A DNA stretch of 35,286 nucleotides from Deltaproteobacteria bacterium. GTDB taxonomy: Bacteria; Desulfobacterota; DSM-4660; Desulfatiglandales; B25-G16. The notes under the pieces were generated by a model. The model saw nothing but the letters and a program-made list of their open reading frames with translations, did no database searches and had not been told where the DNA came from. Made by a program: the position numbers and the translations under genes. The stretch is from the NCBI GenBank assembly GCA_020355085.1, contig CP070657.1, forward strand, positions 1,166,615-1,201,900, read 5' to 3'. Positions 1 through 9,147 of the stretch are shown here, in pieces; the stretch's first letter is position 1, and every line of letters starts with the position of its first letter.

Positions 1-327
1 AGCCGCAGTCTGCCGGAGACAGCTTCCCTGAGCCAGCCGAGGTACGAGGAACTGAAAGCCGAGATTGACGGCCTCAAGAAAAGGAGCCGCGAACTGGTGG
101 CAGAAATACAGCGGGCCGCCGCCGACAAAGACTTCCGCGAAAACGCACCGCTGGACGCCGCCAAGGAAGAGCGCGGGCACGTGGAGGGGAGGATTAAGGA
201 ACTGCAGGAAATACTGAAGACGGCGACCATCATCGAAGAGAAGAGAAAGCCCGCCGTCAAGACATGCACTGTGCATAATAGATACGCCTGCGCTGAGCTG
301 GGGCAGATACGGGGCCACGTGAGGTAG
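1..327 (+). CDS. Partial CDS (5' end off window); Gre-factor-like N-terminal coiled-coil protein
   Basis: Frame 1 is open from base 1. The segment 'DKDFRENAPLDAAKEERGHVEGRIKELQEIL..ATII' resembles the GreA/GreB N-terminal coiled-coil motif (SENAEYxAAKExQxxxExRIxxLE). The frame stops about 30 aa later with no recognisable Gre C-terminal domain. Confidence 0.4.
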   Translation, partial: SRSLPETASLSQPRYEELKAEIDGLKKRSRELVAEIQRAAADKDFRENAPLDAAKEERGHVEGRIKELQEILKTATIIEEKRKPAVKTCTVHNRYACAELGQIRGHVR

Positions 328-329
328 CC

Positions 330-1139
330 ATGGAAATGGACCATAAAGACCGCGTAAAATTCCTGGGTACCGCCGGTGCCCGATTTGTTGTGGCAAAACA
401 GCTCCGGTCTTCAGCCGGCGTTTACGTGAGCATGAAAGACGCCCGTATTATCATAGATCCCGGTCCGGGCACACTTGTAAGATGTGCCAAATCCAAGCCG
501 CCCATTGATGTAACAAAGCTCAATGCCATTATCATCACTCACGCCCATATCGACCACTCCAATGACGCCAACATATTAATTGACGCCATGACAGGCGGCG
601 GGCTCAACAGGAAAGGCCTTTTGTTCGCACCTGAGGAGTGCATCCGTGGTGAGAATGCCGTTGTGCTTCCCTATGTGAGGGGCTTTCCTGAAGATATTGT
701 CATACTCAGACCGCGAGGGCAGTATTCAGTCGGTGAGGTATCTTTTACCACCTCACTGAGACACCAGCACCCGGTGGAAACATACGGTATCATCTTTGAC
801 TACAATGGTCGAAGGATCTCCTTCATGGTCGACACACACTATTTTCCAGAGTTGACAAAAGATTATGAAGATTCCGACATACTGGTAATGAATGTCGTCA
901 GATCCGCCGCCCATGAGAGCGACAAGGTAATGCACCTATGTATTGATGATGTAAGGGAAATCCTCTCCCGAATACGTCCGAGAAAAACCGTATTGACTCA
1001 CTTTGGCATGACCATGTTAAAAGCAAAGCCGTGGGTGGTTGCGGAACAACTATCCCATGAGCTTGGAGTGGATGTAATTGCAGCCTCCGATGGAATGACT
1101 CTCGAGCTTGAGCGAGGATCCGGTAGGCGCGTGGATTGA
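330..1139 (+). CDS. MBL-fold metallo-hydrolase
   Basis: 269-aa ORF with the 'IIITHAHIDHSND' HxHxDH metal-binding motif and a downstream His/Asp pattern. It starts 2 nt after the upstream stop. Confidence 0.8.
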   Translation: MEMDHKDRVKFLGTAGARFVVAKQLRSSAGVYVSMKDARIIIDPGPGTLVRCAKSKPPIDVTKLNAIIITHAHIDHSNDANILIDAMTGGGLNRKGLLFAPEECIRGENAVVLPYVRGFPEDIVILRPRGQYSVGEVSFTTSLRHQHPVETYGIIFDYNGRRISFMVDTHYFPELTKDYEDSDILVMNVVRSAAHESDKVMHLCIDDVREILSRIRPRKTVLTHFGMTMLKAKPWVVAEQLSHELGVDVIAASDGMTLELERGSGRRVD

Positions 1140-1156
1140 AAGGGAAGGGGCCTTAC

Positions 1157-1729
1157 ATGAACACCAAAACCGACAAGGAGTCGAACCTCCAAATTATTCC
1201 CGGCACCTATCCCCTCGAGATCTCCTTTGGAGCCATCCACATCGTGGCGGCACCCAAAGACAGGCCTCCGTTCAAGGCAGAAGCAATGGCGTTCGAGGAG
1301 GACACCTTCCTCGTCATGAGCGCAGAGCCGATCGTCCGTGCCCCCAAGGAATCACGCATGAGGATAATGACCCGGGTGATTGAAACACGGCCCGAAACAC
1401 CTGGTACCGTGCTCGTCAGGGGAAAACGGTCGCTACGGTTCCTTGCCGTTGTTCATGACCTGAACCAGGAGCCCTCGTGGAGAGAGGAATGGGTAGCGCA
1501 TTGCCTGGAGAAGATCTTTGCGGAAGCTGAGAATCGAAAACTGAAATCGATTGCGCTTCCATTTCTCGGCACCTTACACGGGAGGTTGGAAAGAGGGCGC
1601 TTCCTGGAGCTGCTTGGGCATGCTCTTAGCCAAACTGAGCTGAGGCACCTTGAGCGCATCTGGCTCGTGGTGCCCGATGGCATGAACTCCAAGATCCTCG
1701 AAATACTGGAATCTGGCACCCAAGGTTGA
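1157..1729 (+). CDS. Hypothetical protein with a macro-domain-like C-terminal half
   Basis: The ATG at 1157 is preceded by GGGAAGGGG; the ORF track uses a TTG at 1136. 'KLKSIALPFLGTLHGRLE' and 'RFLAVVHDL' resemble the macro-domain core (SIAFPxIxTGxxG). The N-terminal NAAN/GGG motifs are not seen. Confidence 0.45.
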   Translation: MNTKTDKESNLQIIPGTYPLEISFGAIHIVAAPKDRPPFKAEAMAFEEDTFLVMSAEPIVRAPKESRMRIMTRVIETRPETPGTVLVRGKRSLRFLAVVHDLNQEPSWREEWVAHCLEKIFAEAENRKLKSIALPFLGTLHGRLERGRFLELLGHALSQTELRHLERIWLVVPDGMNSKILEILESGTQG

Positions 1730-1749
1730 GCGGGTTCATCGCGCATTTG

Positions 1750-1765
1750 CCCTTTTTTTGAAGGG
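1750..1765. terminator. Weak hairpin between convergent genes (CCCTT-tttttg-AAGGG)
   Basis: 5-bp stem with a T-rich loop or tail, lying between the stop at 1729 (+) and the stop at 1803 (-). Confidence 0.2.
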
Positions 1766-1802
1766 ATCAAGCCACAATATGGCCCCCGCTGACCATGATG
1801 CT

Positions 1803-2627
1803 TCAGTGGATGATCTGCCCTTTGATACTCGAGGGCAAGAAGCGCTTGAAAAACTCCCGTATTCTTTGGGCAAAGGGTGCTCTGACACGAATCTGGACAA
1901 AGAGATCTCCCGGCTCTGCCCCGCCTTTTCCTTCTCCCCCCATCCGCTTCAACCTTATCTGCTGGCCTGCTTTGATGCCTGCGGGAATCCTAACGATCAG
2001 TTGCTTGGAGTTAATGCGGCAGAAGTAGCTGATCTTACCACCGCTCTGGGCCAAGGCAGGAGGAATCACAATGCTGTCGTGCAGATCCTTCCCCTTTTCC
2101 GGCCACTCTACGCCCCATATCTTTTTCAGGCCCACTTTTACCAACTTACCGAACGGGCCACCTAGGGAAAAACTGGACAAGGGTGCTCCCTTGCCCATGG
2201 AAGGACTTACAAATACCCTGCCAAAGGCCCCGGGTCTTCTAAACTCAAAGGTTCGACTTCCCGCCCCATAGGCCTCCCTGAACACCTCATCAAATCCCCT
2301 GAACCCGAAGGCCCTGCTCAACTCCTCAAAGATCTGCTGGATATCGGAGCCCCTGAAGATATCCTGTTCGGAATAGGCCTGTCTAAACTGCCCATAAGCG
2401 GAGGAGCCGTAAATGTCCCTTAGCGAGTCATATTCTCTCCTTTTTTGGGGATCCGAGAGCACCGCATACGATTCGTTAATCTCCTTCATCTTGGCGGCCG
2501 CAGCCGGGTTACCCTGATTTCTGTCCGGATGATACTGAAGGGCCAGTTTTCGGTAGGCCTCCTTGATGTGCTGCTGATTGTCGTTTCTGTCAACACCCAG
2601 AATCTCGTAGTAATCCTTTTGTTGCAT
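1803..2627 (-). CDS. J-domain co-chaperone (CbpA/DnaJ-like, no zinc-finger domain)
   Basis: N-terminus 'DYYEILGV....AYRKLALQYHPDRN' carries the HPD motif. The C-terminal DnaJ_C-like segment reads 'PGDLFVQIRV'. Confidence 0.9.
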   Translation of the reverse strand: MQQKDYYEILGVDRNDNQQHIKEAYRKLALQYHPDRNQGNPAAAAKMKEINESYAVLSDPQKRREYDSLRDIYGSSAYGQFRQAYSEQDIFRGSDIQQIFEELSRAFGFRGFDEVFREAYGAGSRTFEFRRPGAFGRVFVSPSMGKGAPLSSFSLGGPFGKLVKVGLKKIWGVEWPEKGKDLHDSIVIPPALAQSGGKISYFCRINSKQLIVRIPAGIKAGQQIRLKRMGGEGKGGAEPGDLFVQIRVRAPFAQRIREFFKRFLPSSIKGQIIH

Positions 2628-2713
2628 GAGCCTTGTTTTACTTTAAAGCCAGGTCTTTGGGGCCTCGGGTTTCAAAGCAAGTCCCCAGAAGAATCTGCTC
2701 ATATATTTTTCTA

Positions 2714-2741
2714 AATATAATTCCGGAATTTATGATTGCAA
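2714..2741 (-). promoter_or_regulatory. Sigma70-like promoter for the J-domain gene, with an embedded 12-bp palindrome
   Basis: Minus strand reads TTGCAA-N16-TATATT about 85 nt upstream of the ATG. The perfect palindrome AATTCCGGAATT (2719-2730) lies in the spacer. Confidence 0.35.
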
Positions 2742-2873
2742 ATAGCGACCGAGGAAAATCCCATACCTCCCCTCATGATTCTGCGTTATCAAAGGAGTCT
2801 CTTTCTCCTATCACTCCGCGCCGTATTTCCCGGCCTTGTGCGTTACTGGGAGCAGGCGGAATTAACGGATGGC

Positions 2874-3881
2874 TTATTCCCTCTCCGGCCAGCCGGAGGG
2901 CGAACTGAATGCCAGGGAAACATAACTAACAGTGTCGCGTTCGTCCCCGGTAAGTTCTCCTGAAGTATAATAGGTAAGCAGGGTGCCTTTGGCGTCTTCG
3001 GGCAGGAGCTCCAGCAAGATACCGATGGGGCACCTTCCGCATATGGTAGCTCCGGTATCTTCGATGTAGTCTATGAATTTGGGACAGTCCTTCTCAATAA
3101 TGATATCCACCGCTCCCAAATCGAGCTTTCTGATGTTCTCCTTGATATCATTTTTGTAAGGAACATAGCCAAATCGCGGGCCCTGATGGGTGAAGTCGGA
3201 ACTGATGACGACTACATCACCTTTCGTAACAACTTCCCTGAGAGAACCGGCTATCGCCTTATAGTCGCCGTTCCGGAGTTGCCCGACCACCATGGGTATT
3301 AAGGTAAAATCATCCCCCAGAACAACCTGAAGAAAGGGCAGTTGCACCTCGAGGGAATGCTCCTGGGAATGAACCTCCGCAATTGACGTGAAGAGCGTCT
3401 GCCTCCGGAGCATATCACAGGCCGTGGTGTCGAGTTTTACGACACCGAGTGGTGTCTCATAGCCGCTGACCTGAGCTATTGAAACTCCCCTGAAGCCCAC
3501 CCGATGGGTTGGGGCGAGGACAACGGCTCTCTTGATCTTGGACTTATCCAGGAGCTTAAAACCAAACGCGGCAGCCTGCCCTGAATACACGTAGCCTGCA
3601 TGGGGGCTGATGAGCGCTATCACCTCTCCTTCAACGCGTTCCGGTGTTGCGTTATGCAGGTACTTGTTGATTTCATCCTGTAAACGTTCGGGATTGCTAT
3701 CGTAAAACATTCCGGCCACAGCTGCTCTCCGCACCTTGAACCTCCTTTCCTTTTCTGCCACGAGCCCTGAACTATCTGGCTCGCTGCACTGTGAGGCCCC
3801 CCAAAAGCCCGCCACCGCGCATATCAAAGCCACGCCGGCACTTAGTGTAATCCAGCGGATCAATTTTTGGCGTTTTTTCAT
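2874..3881 (-). CDS. Memo-family protein (AmmeMemoRadiSam system protein B-like) with an N-terminal signal/anchor
   Basis: Motifs 'AGMFYDSNPERLQ', 'ALISPHAGYVYSG', 'LAPTH' and 'SSDFTH' are typical of the MEMO1/AmmeMemoRadiSam B family. The N-terminus 'MKKRQKLIRWITLSAGVALICAVAGFWG' is hydrophobic. Confidence 0.8.
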   Translation of the reverse strand: MKKRQKLIRWITLSAGVALICAVAGFWGASQCSEPDSSGLVAEKERRFKVRRAAVAGMFYDSNPERLQDEINKYLHNATPERVEGEVIALISPHAGYVYSGQAAAFGFKLLDKSKIKRAVVLAPTHRVGFRGVSIAQVSGYETPLGVVKLDTTACDMLRRQTLFTSIAEVHSQEHSLEVQLPFLQVVLGDDFTLIPMVVGQLRNGDYKAIAGSLREVVTKGDVVVISSDFTHQGPRFGYVPYKNDIKENIRKLDLGAVDIIIEKDCPKFIDYIEDTGATICGRCPIGILLELLPEDAKGTLLTYYTSGELTGDERDTVSYVSLAFSSPSGWPERE

Positions 3882-4125
3882 CTTGCCTACCTCTGTTCTG
3901 CAGCCTTCCAGTTCTTTTCTGCATAGGATCGGGCTTATTCATCCGCATCGTCATGACGTATAGATGAACATGCACTGATTATCCGACCGGTGGGGACCAG
4001 TTTACTCTATCTTTACCAAAAATTAGCACAAAGTAAAGGTTTTAGCTTAATAACGAATTGACTCACCAAAGCCCTCCTGTGAGTAAGCATTGTTCATACC
4101 GGGTCACGATACAGATTACAAGCTA

Positions 4126-4155
4126 TTGACAGATACCCTCAAAACTGATTTTAAT
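4126..4155 (+). promoter_or_regulatory. Sigma70-like promoter (TTGACA-N18-TTTAAT)
   Basis: Perfect -35 hexamer and a 5/6 -10 hexamer, about 110 nt upstream of the ATG at 4267. Confidence 0.35.
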
Positions 4156-4266
4156 AGACCAACGCACCGGTCCCCCGGTCAAACAGGGGCTTGTGGCTGC
4201 CCAGCAACGCCTTCATGGTCGAACCCTCAGCCACGGTTTTATCGGGGGTTTGAAAAGGGAAGAGAC

Positions 4267-5184
4267 ATGATCGGTATTTCCACATGCTGGTGGAACCTGG
4301 AGACGATTCCAGGCGACAGGTTGATCAACGAAATCATTGATCTCGGGTTTGAAGGGGTGGAACTGGAATACAGGATCACCAATGCTTTCTATCAGCAGAT
4401 GCGTCCTCAGTTATTCAGGAGACTCCGGGTTTTGAGCATCCACAACTTTTTCCCCAAACCGGAAGAGCGGGCTAAAGAGCAGGGAAGTGGTGATCTGTTT
4501 CTTTTATCCGCCACCGGCAGGGATGAACGAGAGACTGCCGTAAAATACACCCTCCGGACCATAGAGCATGCCAATGACCTGGAAGCCAGGGCTGTCATTC
4601 TTCACCTGGGCCACGTGGATATGACAAATCCGATAGAGCGCTTCAGGGAGCTATATAAGAGCGAAATGATAACTCAGGAAGATGGTGCAACCTTTCTGGA
4701 AGAACAACGGGAAATCAGGAAAAGCAAGCAGAGGAAGAATCTGGATGCTGTTCTCTTTAGCCTGGAAAAGCTGAATCAACTGGCAGAACGACAGGGGGTA
4801 TTTATCGGCATCGAAAACAGGTACCATTTTCACGAAATCCCAGATTACGAGGAGATCGGGATTATCCTGAGTGAATTTAAGGGCGGGAATGTGCGGTACT
4901 GGCATGACGTTGGCCATGCCGGGGTACAGCAAAATCTGGGGATATGCCACCACAAGGATCTCCTTGACGCTTACTCGGATAGGATGATCGGAATCCATCT
5001 TCACGATGTGCATGGCCTGGATGATCATCTCTCGCCCGGTCAGGGAGAACTAAACTATGAGGAGATCACCCCTTTCCTGAAACCCGATCTCATTAAAGTC
5101 ATGGAAATCCACCCCAAAGTAGGCAAAGAGGAGTTGCTGGAAGGGCTTCGATTCGTCCAAGAGGCTATGACGAAGACCTCATGA
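4267..5184 (+). CDS. Sugar phosphate isomerase/epimerase (xylose isomerase-like TIM barrel)
   Basis: The ATG at 4267 is preceded by AAAAGGGAAGAG. Motifs 'GFEGVELEY', 'LHLGH', 'IENRY', 'WHDVGHA' and 'IHLHD' fit the AP_endonuc_2 TIM-barrel family. The upstream extension to 4090 is unlikely to be coding. Confidence 0.8.
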   Translation: MIGISTCWWNLETIPGDRLINEIIDLGFEGVELEYRITNAFYQQMRPQLFRRLRVLSIHNFFPKPEERAKEQGSGDLFLLSATGRDERETAVKYTLRTIEHANDLEARAVILHLGHVDMTNPIERFRELYKSEMITQEDGATFLEEQREIRKSKQRKNLDAVLFSLEKLNQLAERQGVFIGIENRYHFHEIPDYEEIGIILSEFKGGNVRYWHDVGHAGVQQNLGICHHKDLLDAYSDRMIGIHLHDVHGLDDHLSPGQGELNYEEITPFLKPDLIKVMEIHPKVGKEELLEGLRFVQEAMTKTS

Positions 5185-5313
5185 CCACTTCTTACCCTTG
5201 CCGGCTACGCGCAATGCAAGAAATAGAGTGCTCTCGTTAGTAGTTGCACAATCTAAGGACTCTTTTCGATCGTCTTTTCTCGCTCTTGTGGAAATTTGCG
5301 CTAAATGTGATCC

Positions 5314-6135
5314 ATGATCCAGACTGAACAGATTGATGAAGTCCTCAAGTTTCGGCTGGCCCGCTCATTGTTTGGCCGAGGGCTCTATTTTACCACGGCC
5401 TACTGGGTGGACGGTATGATGATCGATACGGGCTGTGCGCACACGGTCCGGGAACTGATAAACGCCTTGAAAGGACATCCGGTTGATCTCGTTGTCAATA
5501 CCCACAGCCACGAGGATCATGTTGCCGGAAATGCGGCACTGCAAAAGCTTTATGGTGCCGAGGTGCTGGCGCACCCGTTAGCGCTACCCGCGATCGAGAA
5601 TTTGGACAGACGACGACCACTTCACCCCTACCGGAGATTGCTGTGGGGCTACCCAGTTCCCTCCAAAGGCAAGGCTATTGGTGAAACTGTGGAGACCCGT
5701 CATCACCACTTTCAGGTAATTCACACGCCCGGCCACAGTCCGGATCATATCTGTCTCTATGAGCCTGCAAAGGGCTGGTTATTTTCAGGGGATCTCTTTG
5801 TAGGCGGTCGAGATCGGGCACTTCGGGCCGACTACAATATTTGGCAGATAATCGAATCGCTGAAAAAGCTGGCACCCCTCGATACTTCCCTACTTTTTCC
5901 CGGTAGCGGCTCAGTTCGCCAAAACCCTCAGGATGAGATTATCAGAAAAATCGAGTACCTGGATGACCTGGGGAAGCGCGTCCTCAGCCTTTACAACGCT
6001 GGTATGGGTTATGCCCGGATTCGTCGCAAGCTAATTGGAGCCGAGATACCCCTGGCCTACTTCACGCTGGGCCACTTCAGCGGCAAGAACCTCATTCGCT
6101 CCTACGTCGAAGATAGTCCTTTTACAGGTGTATGA
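5314..6135 (+). CDS. MBL-fold metallo-hydrolase (glyoxalase II-like)
   Basis: 'VVNTHSHEDHVAGN' HxHxDH motif, followed by 'HTPGHSPDH'. Confidence 0.85.
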   Translation: MIQTEQIDEVLKFRLARSLFGRGLYFTTAYWVDGMMIDTGCAHTVRELINALKGHPVDLVVNTHSHEDHVAGNAALQKLYGAEVLAHPLALPAIENLDRRRPLHPYRRLLWGYPVPSKGKAIGETVETRHHHFQVIHTPGHSPDHICLYEPAKGWLFSGDLFVGGRDRALRADYNIWQIIESLKKLAPLDTSLLFPGSGSVRQNPQDEIIRKIEYLDDLGKRVLSLYNAGMGYARIRRKLIGAEIPLAYFTLGHFSGKNLIRSYVEDSPFTGV

Positions 6136-6414
6136 GCCGCGGATCGGACTCTCCGGGACACCATTTCGTATTTTCCTTAACTACAGCCCCTCCATTGCCG
6201 ATAGAAGCAATAATTACTGTTTGTTGATTCGCCGTTATTGAAACAACAGTCGCTTTGTGGCACTGAAATCGTCATAGGAAATCGCTGAACCCTGGAGTGA
6301 AGTATATTCTCAATAGCCCTGGCGCCACACCGAACTACAGCCGAGAGTCAGGATGCGAGGTTTGATGGCGGTTTTGCGAATGCTCTATGAACACCAAAAG
6401 ACACCGATGACAGG

Positions 6415-7728
6415 ATGATCCCAAGCTCCATTTCCGCCCGATTTTGCGACAATGCCAACTATGCCCTGTCTTGGGCATACGTACCCCAGATCCACCTCCT
6501 CATGGAATTCGCCGGGAGGCTCGACCCCGATCGACTGACAAGGGCATTATACCTTACCCTTCACGCCGAGCCTGTCCTAGGCTGTCGGTTTGTGCCTCGC
6601 TGGATCAATCCCTACTGGGCCAGAATTGCCGAGGACGAACTGGATAACTCGGCCTTTTTCCACGTGCTAACGGGTGATGAGTTGACCCTCGAAACCGCCT
6701 TGGAAGGTTTTCTCGTCGAACAGATCAATGAACTCCAGGGGCCTCAGGTCAAAGCACTGCTTCTAAGAGGTGAAAGCGGAGACAGGCTTGCGCTTAAGCT
6801 AAACCACCAGGTAGCCGATGCCGGAGGCACAAAGGAATTCGGATATCTGCTGGCATCGCTTTACAGAGAGTTAGGCAACAATGCAGATATCAATCCTGTG
6901 CCCAATTTAGGAACACGAAGCATGCGCCAAGTGTACAGCCGATTTTCGAAACGACGCCTTCTGAGCATACTGCTCACCTACTTCAAGGAATTCTTAGATA
7001 GCTCCATCCCTTACCAAAGCATGACCTATCCTATGAAATCCGATGCAAACGGCCGTCACACCTTTGTGATGAAGCGGCTTTCAGGAGAACGGGTGCGCCC
7101 AATAAAGGCTTACTGCGCTGAGATGGATGCCACCATAAATGATGTGGTGGTGGCCGCCATGCTCCGTTCGTATGTCCGTAAGACCGGATGGAACGGCAAT
7201 GGCGAGCTTAGGATGGTCGGCACCGTCGACCTGCGCCGTTACCTGCCAAACCAACGCGCTCAGGCGCTCTGCAACCTAAGCTCCTTCTATTTTATTGACC
7301 TCGGTCGTAGTCTGGGTGCTCAATTTAACGATACGTTATCGCGGGTAAAGGGACAAATCGATAGCCTCAAAACCGATAATCTCGGGCTCGGCTTCGCGCT
7401 CGGCACCTATCTTCTCGGGCTGCCCTACCCGTTCGGCCTTAAAATGCTCATGTTCAGGGAGTATTTTTCGAAACTGGCCACTACCGGAAACATACCGCCC
7501 TCCATGACAAATCTGGGCACAATTGATGATACTGCCCTTGACTTTGGCTCACCGGACATCACTGCTGCTGAGGTTTTGGTGCCGCCGTGCAACCCCCCAT
7601 TTCTCGTCACCGGGCTCTCCGGGTATAGGGACACCCTTACCTTGAGCTTGGGCTTTCGTGAATCGGCCCTCCCCAAAGCCGAGATAATAGGGCTTTTCGA
7701 AGTAGTTGATCAAGAACTACCATCTTAG
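6415..7728 (+). CDS. Hypothetical protein, condensation/CoA-dependent acyltransferase-like
   Basis: 437-aa ORF. 'LKLNHQVADAGG' resembles the (H)HxxxDG catalytic motif of condensation, WS/DGAT and PapA5-type acyltransferases, and the size fits. Confidence 0.45.
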   Translation: MIPSSISARFCDNANYALSWAYVPQIHLLMEFAGRLDPDRLTRALYLTLHAEPVLGCRFVPRWINPYWARIAEDELDNSAFFHVLTGDELTLETALEGFLVEQINELQGPQVKALLLRGESGDRLALKLNHQVADAGGTKEFGYLLASLYRELGNNADINPVPNLGTRSMRQVYSRFSKRRLLSILLTYFKEFLDSSIPYQSMTYPMKSDANGRHTFVMKRLSGERVRPIKAYCAEMDATINDVVVAAMLRSYVRKTGWNGNGELRMVGTVDLRRYLPNQRAQALCNLSSFYFIDLGRSLGAQFNDTLSRVKGQIDSLKTDNLGLGFALGTYLLGLPYPFGLKMLMFREYFSKLATTGNIPPSMTNLGTIDDTALDFGSPDITAAEVLVPPCNPPFLVTGLSGYRDTLTLSLGFRESALPKAEIIGLFEVVDQELPS

Positions 7729-7935
7729 AATTCGACGCCATCACGAACCAGTTGCCCAAGTTCGTTATAATAACCACGCCATAAACCGTTACCTGCCATT
7801 TGCCTTGCAGCGTTGCACGCAATAGTTTCTTGAGTGGCCGAAATGTGGTAAATCTCACAACCTGGTCCTGCGGGGATTCTGACCGGGGTCAACAAAAGCG
7901 TAAGCTGCTATCGACGGGCCGACTTGGGATAGATT

Positions 7936-8325
7936 ATGGCAAAAACGCGAAAAAAGATGGAGTTGATTCCTATTCCGGAAATAACGGGAGAATGCCCTAC
8001 CATGCACGGGGCAACCCGTGGTGCAGTGAGGGTGCTTGTCGATTTCAAAGAGGCGAGCGGCTATATCGAAGCAACCCTCCCATCCTCAGCAGAGATTCTG
8101 GTGACACGGGAAATCGACTGGTCGTGGACTCGGATTTTGGAGCGTTTTTCCGGGGTCATTACCGACCATGGCACTCGCGTTTCCCGGGCTGCAGAGGTGC
8201 TGGTAATCATGGATAAGCCGGGAGTGCTGGGCACCAAGAAGGCAACGCAACTGCTCGAGTCGGGAACTGAGGTGCAGGTTATATGTAGTGGAAACGTGGC
8301 ACGAGTTTACTGTATTGGCGGTTAG
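7936..8325 (+). CDS. Stand-alone PEP-utilizing-enzyme mobile (swivel) domain protein, His replaced by Arg
   Basis: 'ILVTREIDWSW...GVITDHGTRVSRAAEVLVIMDKPGVLG' aligns by eye to the PEP-utilizers motif 'ILVxxxTxPxW...GIVTxxGGxTSHAAIVARExGIPAVVG'. The phospho-His position holds Arg. Confidence 0.6.
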   Translation: MAKTRKKMELIPIPEITGECPTMHGATRGAVRVLVDFKEASGYIEATLPSSAEILVTREIDWSWTRILERFSGVITDHGTRVSRAAEVLVIMDKPGVLGTKKATQLLESGTEVQVICSGNVARVYCIGG

Positions 8326-8373
8326 AGCGTCCCGTAGATCGCCCGTTATTCTCACTGTAAGGAGCAAGAGCAC

Positions 8374-9024
8374 ATGAAAGAGAACGGAGAGCCAGTCTCC
8401 GGTGAAGGGAAAGCCGAAAAGGAGGAATTCGGCGAGTTACTCAGGTACACGGTGGCGGGCTTTGCCGGGGGTTTGATAGCAGGAATACTTTTAGACTTCT
8501 TTGGATTTCAGAAGAGCCCTGTTGGGCAGTGGCTAGTCCGAACTCTTTCCGGGGAGGGAGAAAGCATCCTTGAGGGGCTATACGCCTTCCGCCGCCGTAT
8601 TCGCCGTGAGATCGGTTCTCTTGCAGAGGCCTACGGCTGGGGCAAGTTATTCGGCATGATAGCTCCCTGGATAATCGATTGGGGAAGCCGCATCCTCGGA
8701 ATTGATATATACGGGATCGAGAGTTTCTATATACCGTACTTCTACGCCATGAGCGATCAAATCGGTGCAAATGTGAGTGGCTTTCTGTTTATTCGAAGAA
8801 AGGCAGGCCCATCCTCAAGGGCATTTCTTGTATATTTTCGCGAGCCGGTAATGTTGGTGAGCCTGGCGGTTATCTTTGTTGTTCCCGCCGGCTTGCTCGG
8901 TGCCCGGTTGCTCGGGTTCAGCCCGCAAACTCAGATCCTTACAGCCCTGGAGACCATTGTCGCCAATCTATGCTGGCTGCCACCGCTTGTAGGTTGGCTT
9001 GCGGAAAGATTGCGAGCTCAATGA
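8374..9024 (+). CDS. Hypothetical integral membrane protein
   Basis: 216 aa with several hydrophobic segments, an acidic/lysine-rich N-terminus and an AGGAG RBS. It starts 48 nt after the upstream gene. Confidence 0.55.
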   Translation: MKENGEPVSGEGKAEKEEFGELLRYTVAGFAGGLIAGILLDFFGFQKSPVGQWLVRTLSGEGESILEGLYAFRRRIRREIGSLAEAYGWGKLFGMIAPWIIDWGSRILGIDIYGIESFYIPYFYAMSDQIGANVSGFLFIRRKAGPSSRAFLVYFREPVMLVSLAVIFVVPAGLLGARLLGFSPQTQILTALETIVANLCWLPPLVGWLAERLRAQ

Positions 9025-9048
9025 AAACTGAAAATGATTTTCTGTTTA

Positions 9049-9112
9049 ATTGAAGCTTGCGTCATGCCGATATGCTTAACAAGAGCATGGAACGCAGGAA
9101 GCAAGCTTCAGT
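9049..9112 (+). other. Long-range stem-loop (10-bp perfect inverted repeat TGAAGCTTGC / GCAAGCTTCA)
   Basis: Arms at 9051-9060 and 9101-9110, extendable by A-T and T-G pairs. The 40-nt interior holds a second small hairpin (ATGCT..AGCAT). It sits between the membrane-protein gene and the GT2 gene. Confidence 0.35.
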
Positions 9113-9147
9113 ATGCTTACTTTACAAGCCTGACCTGTTGAATTTCA

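Noticed and set aside
1165-1185. tRNA T-arm-like string (GGAGTCGAACCTCC), with a similar GGTTCGAC at about 2233-2240
   Set aside because: I could not build an acceptor, D or anticodon arm around either. Both lie inside well-supported CDS.
1758-2165. 135-aa plus-strand ORF overlapping the J-domain gene
   Set aside because: The opposite strand encodes an unambiguous J-domain/DnaJ_C protein, and this frame has no motif support.
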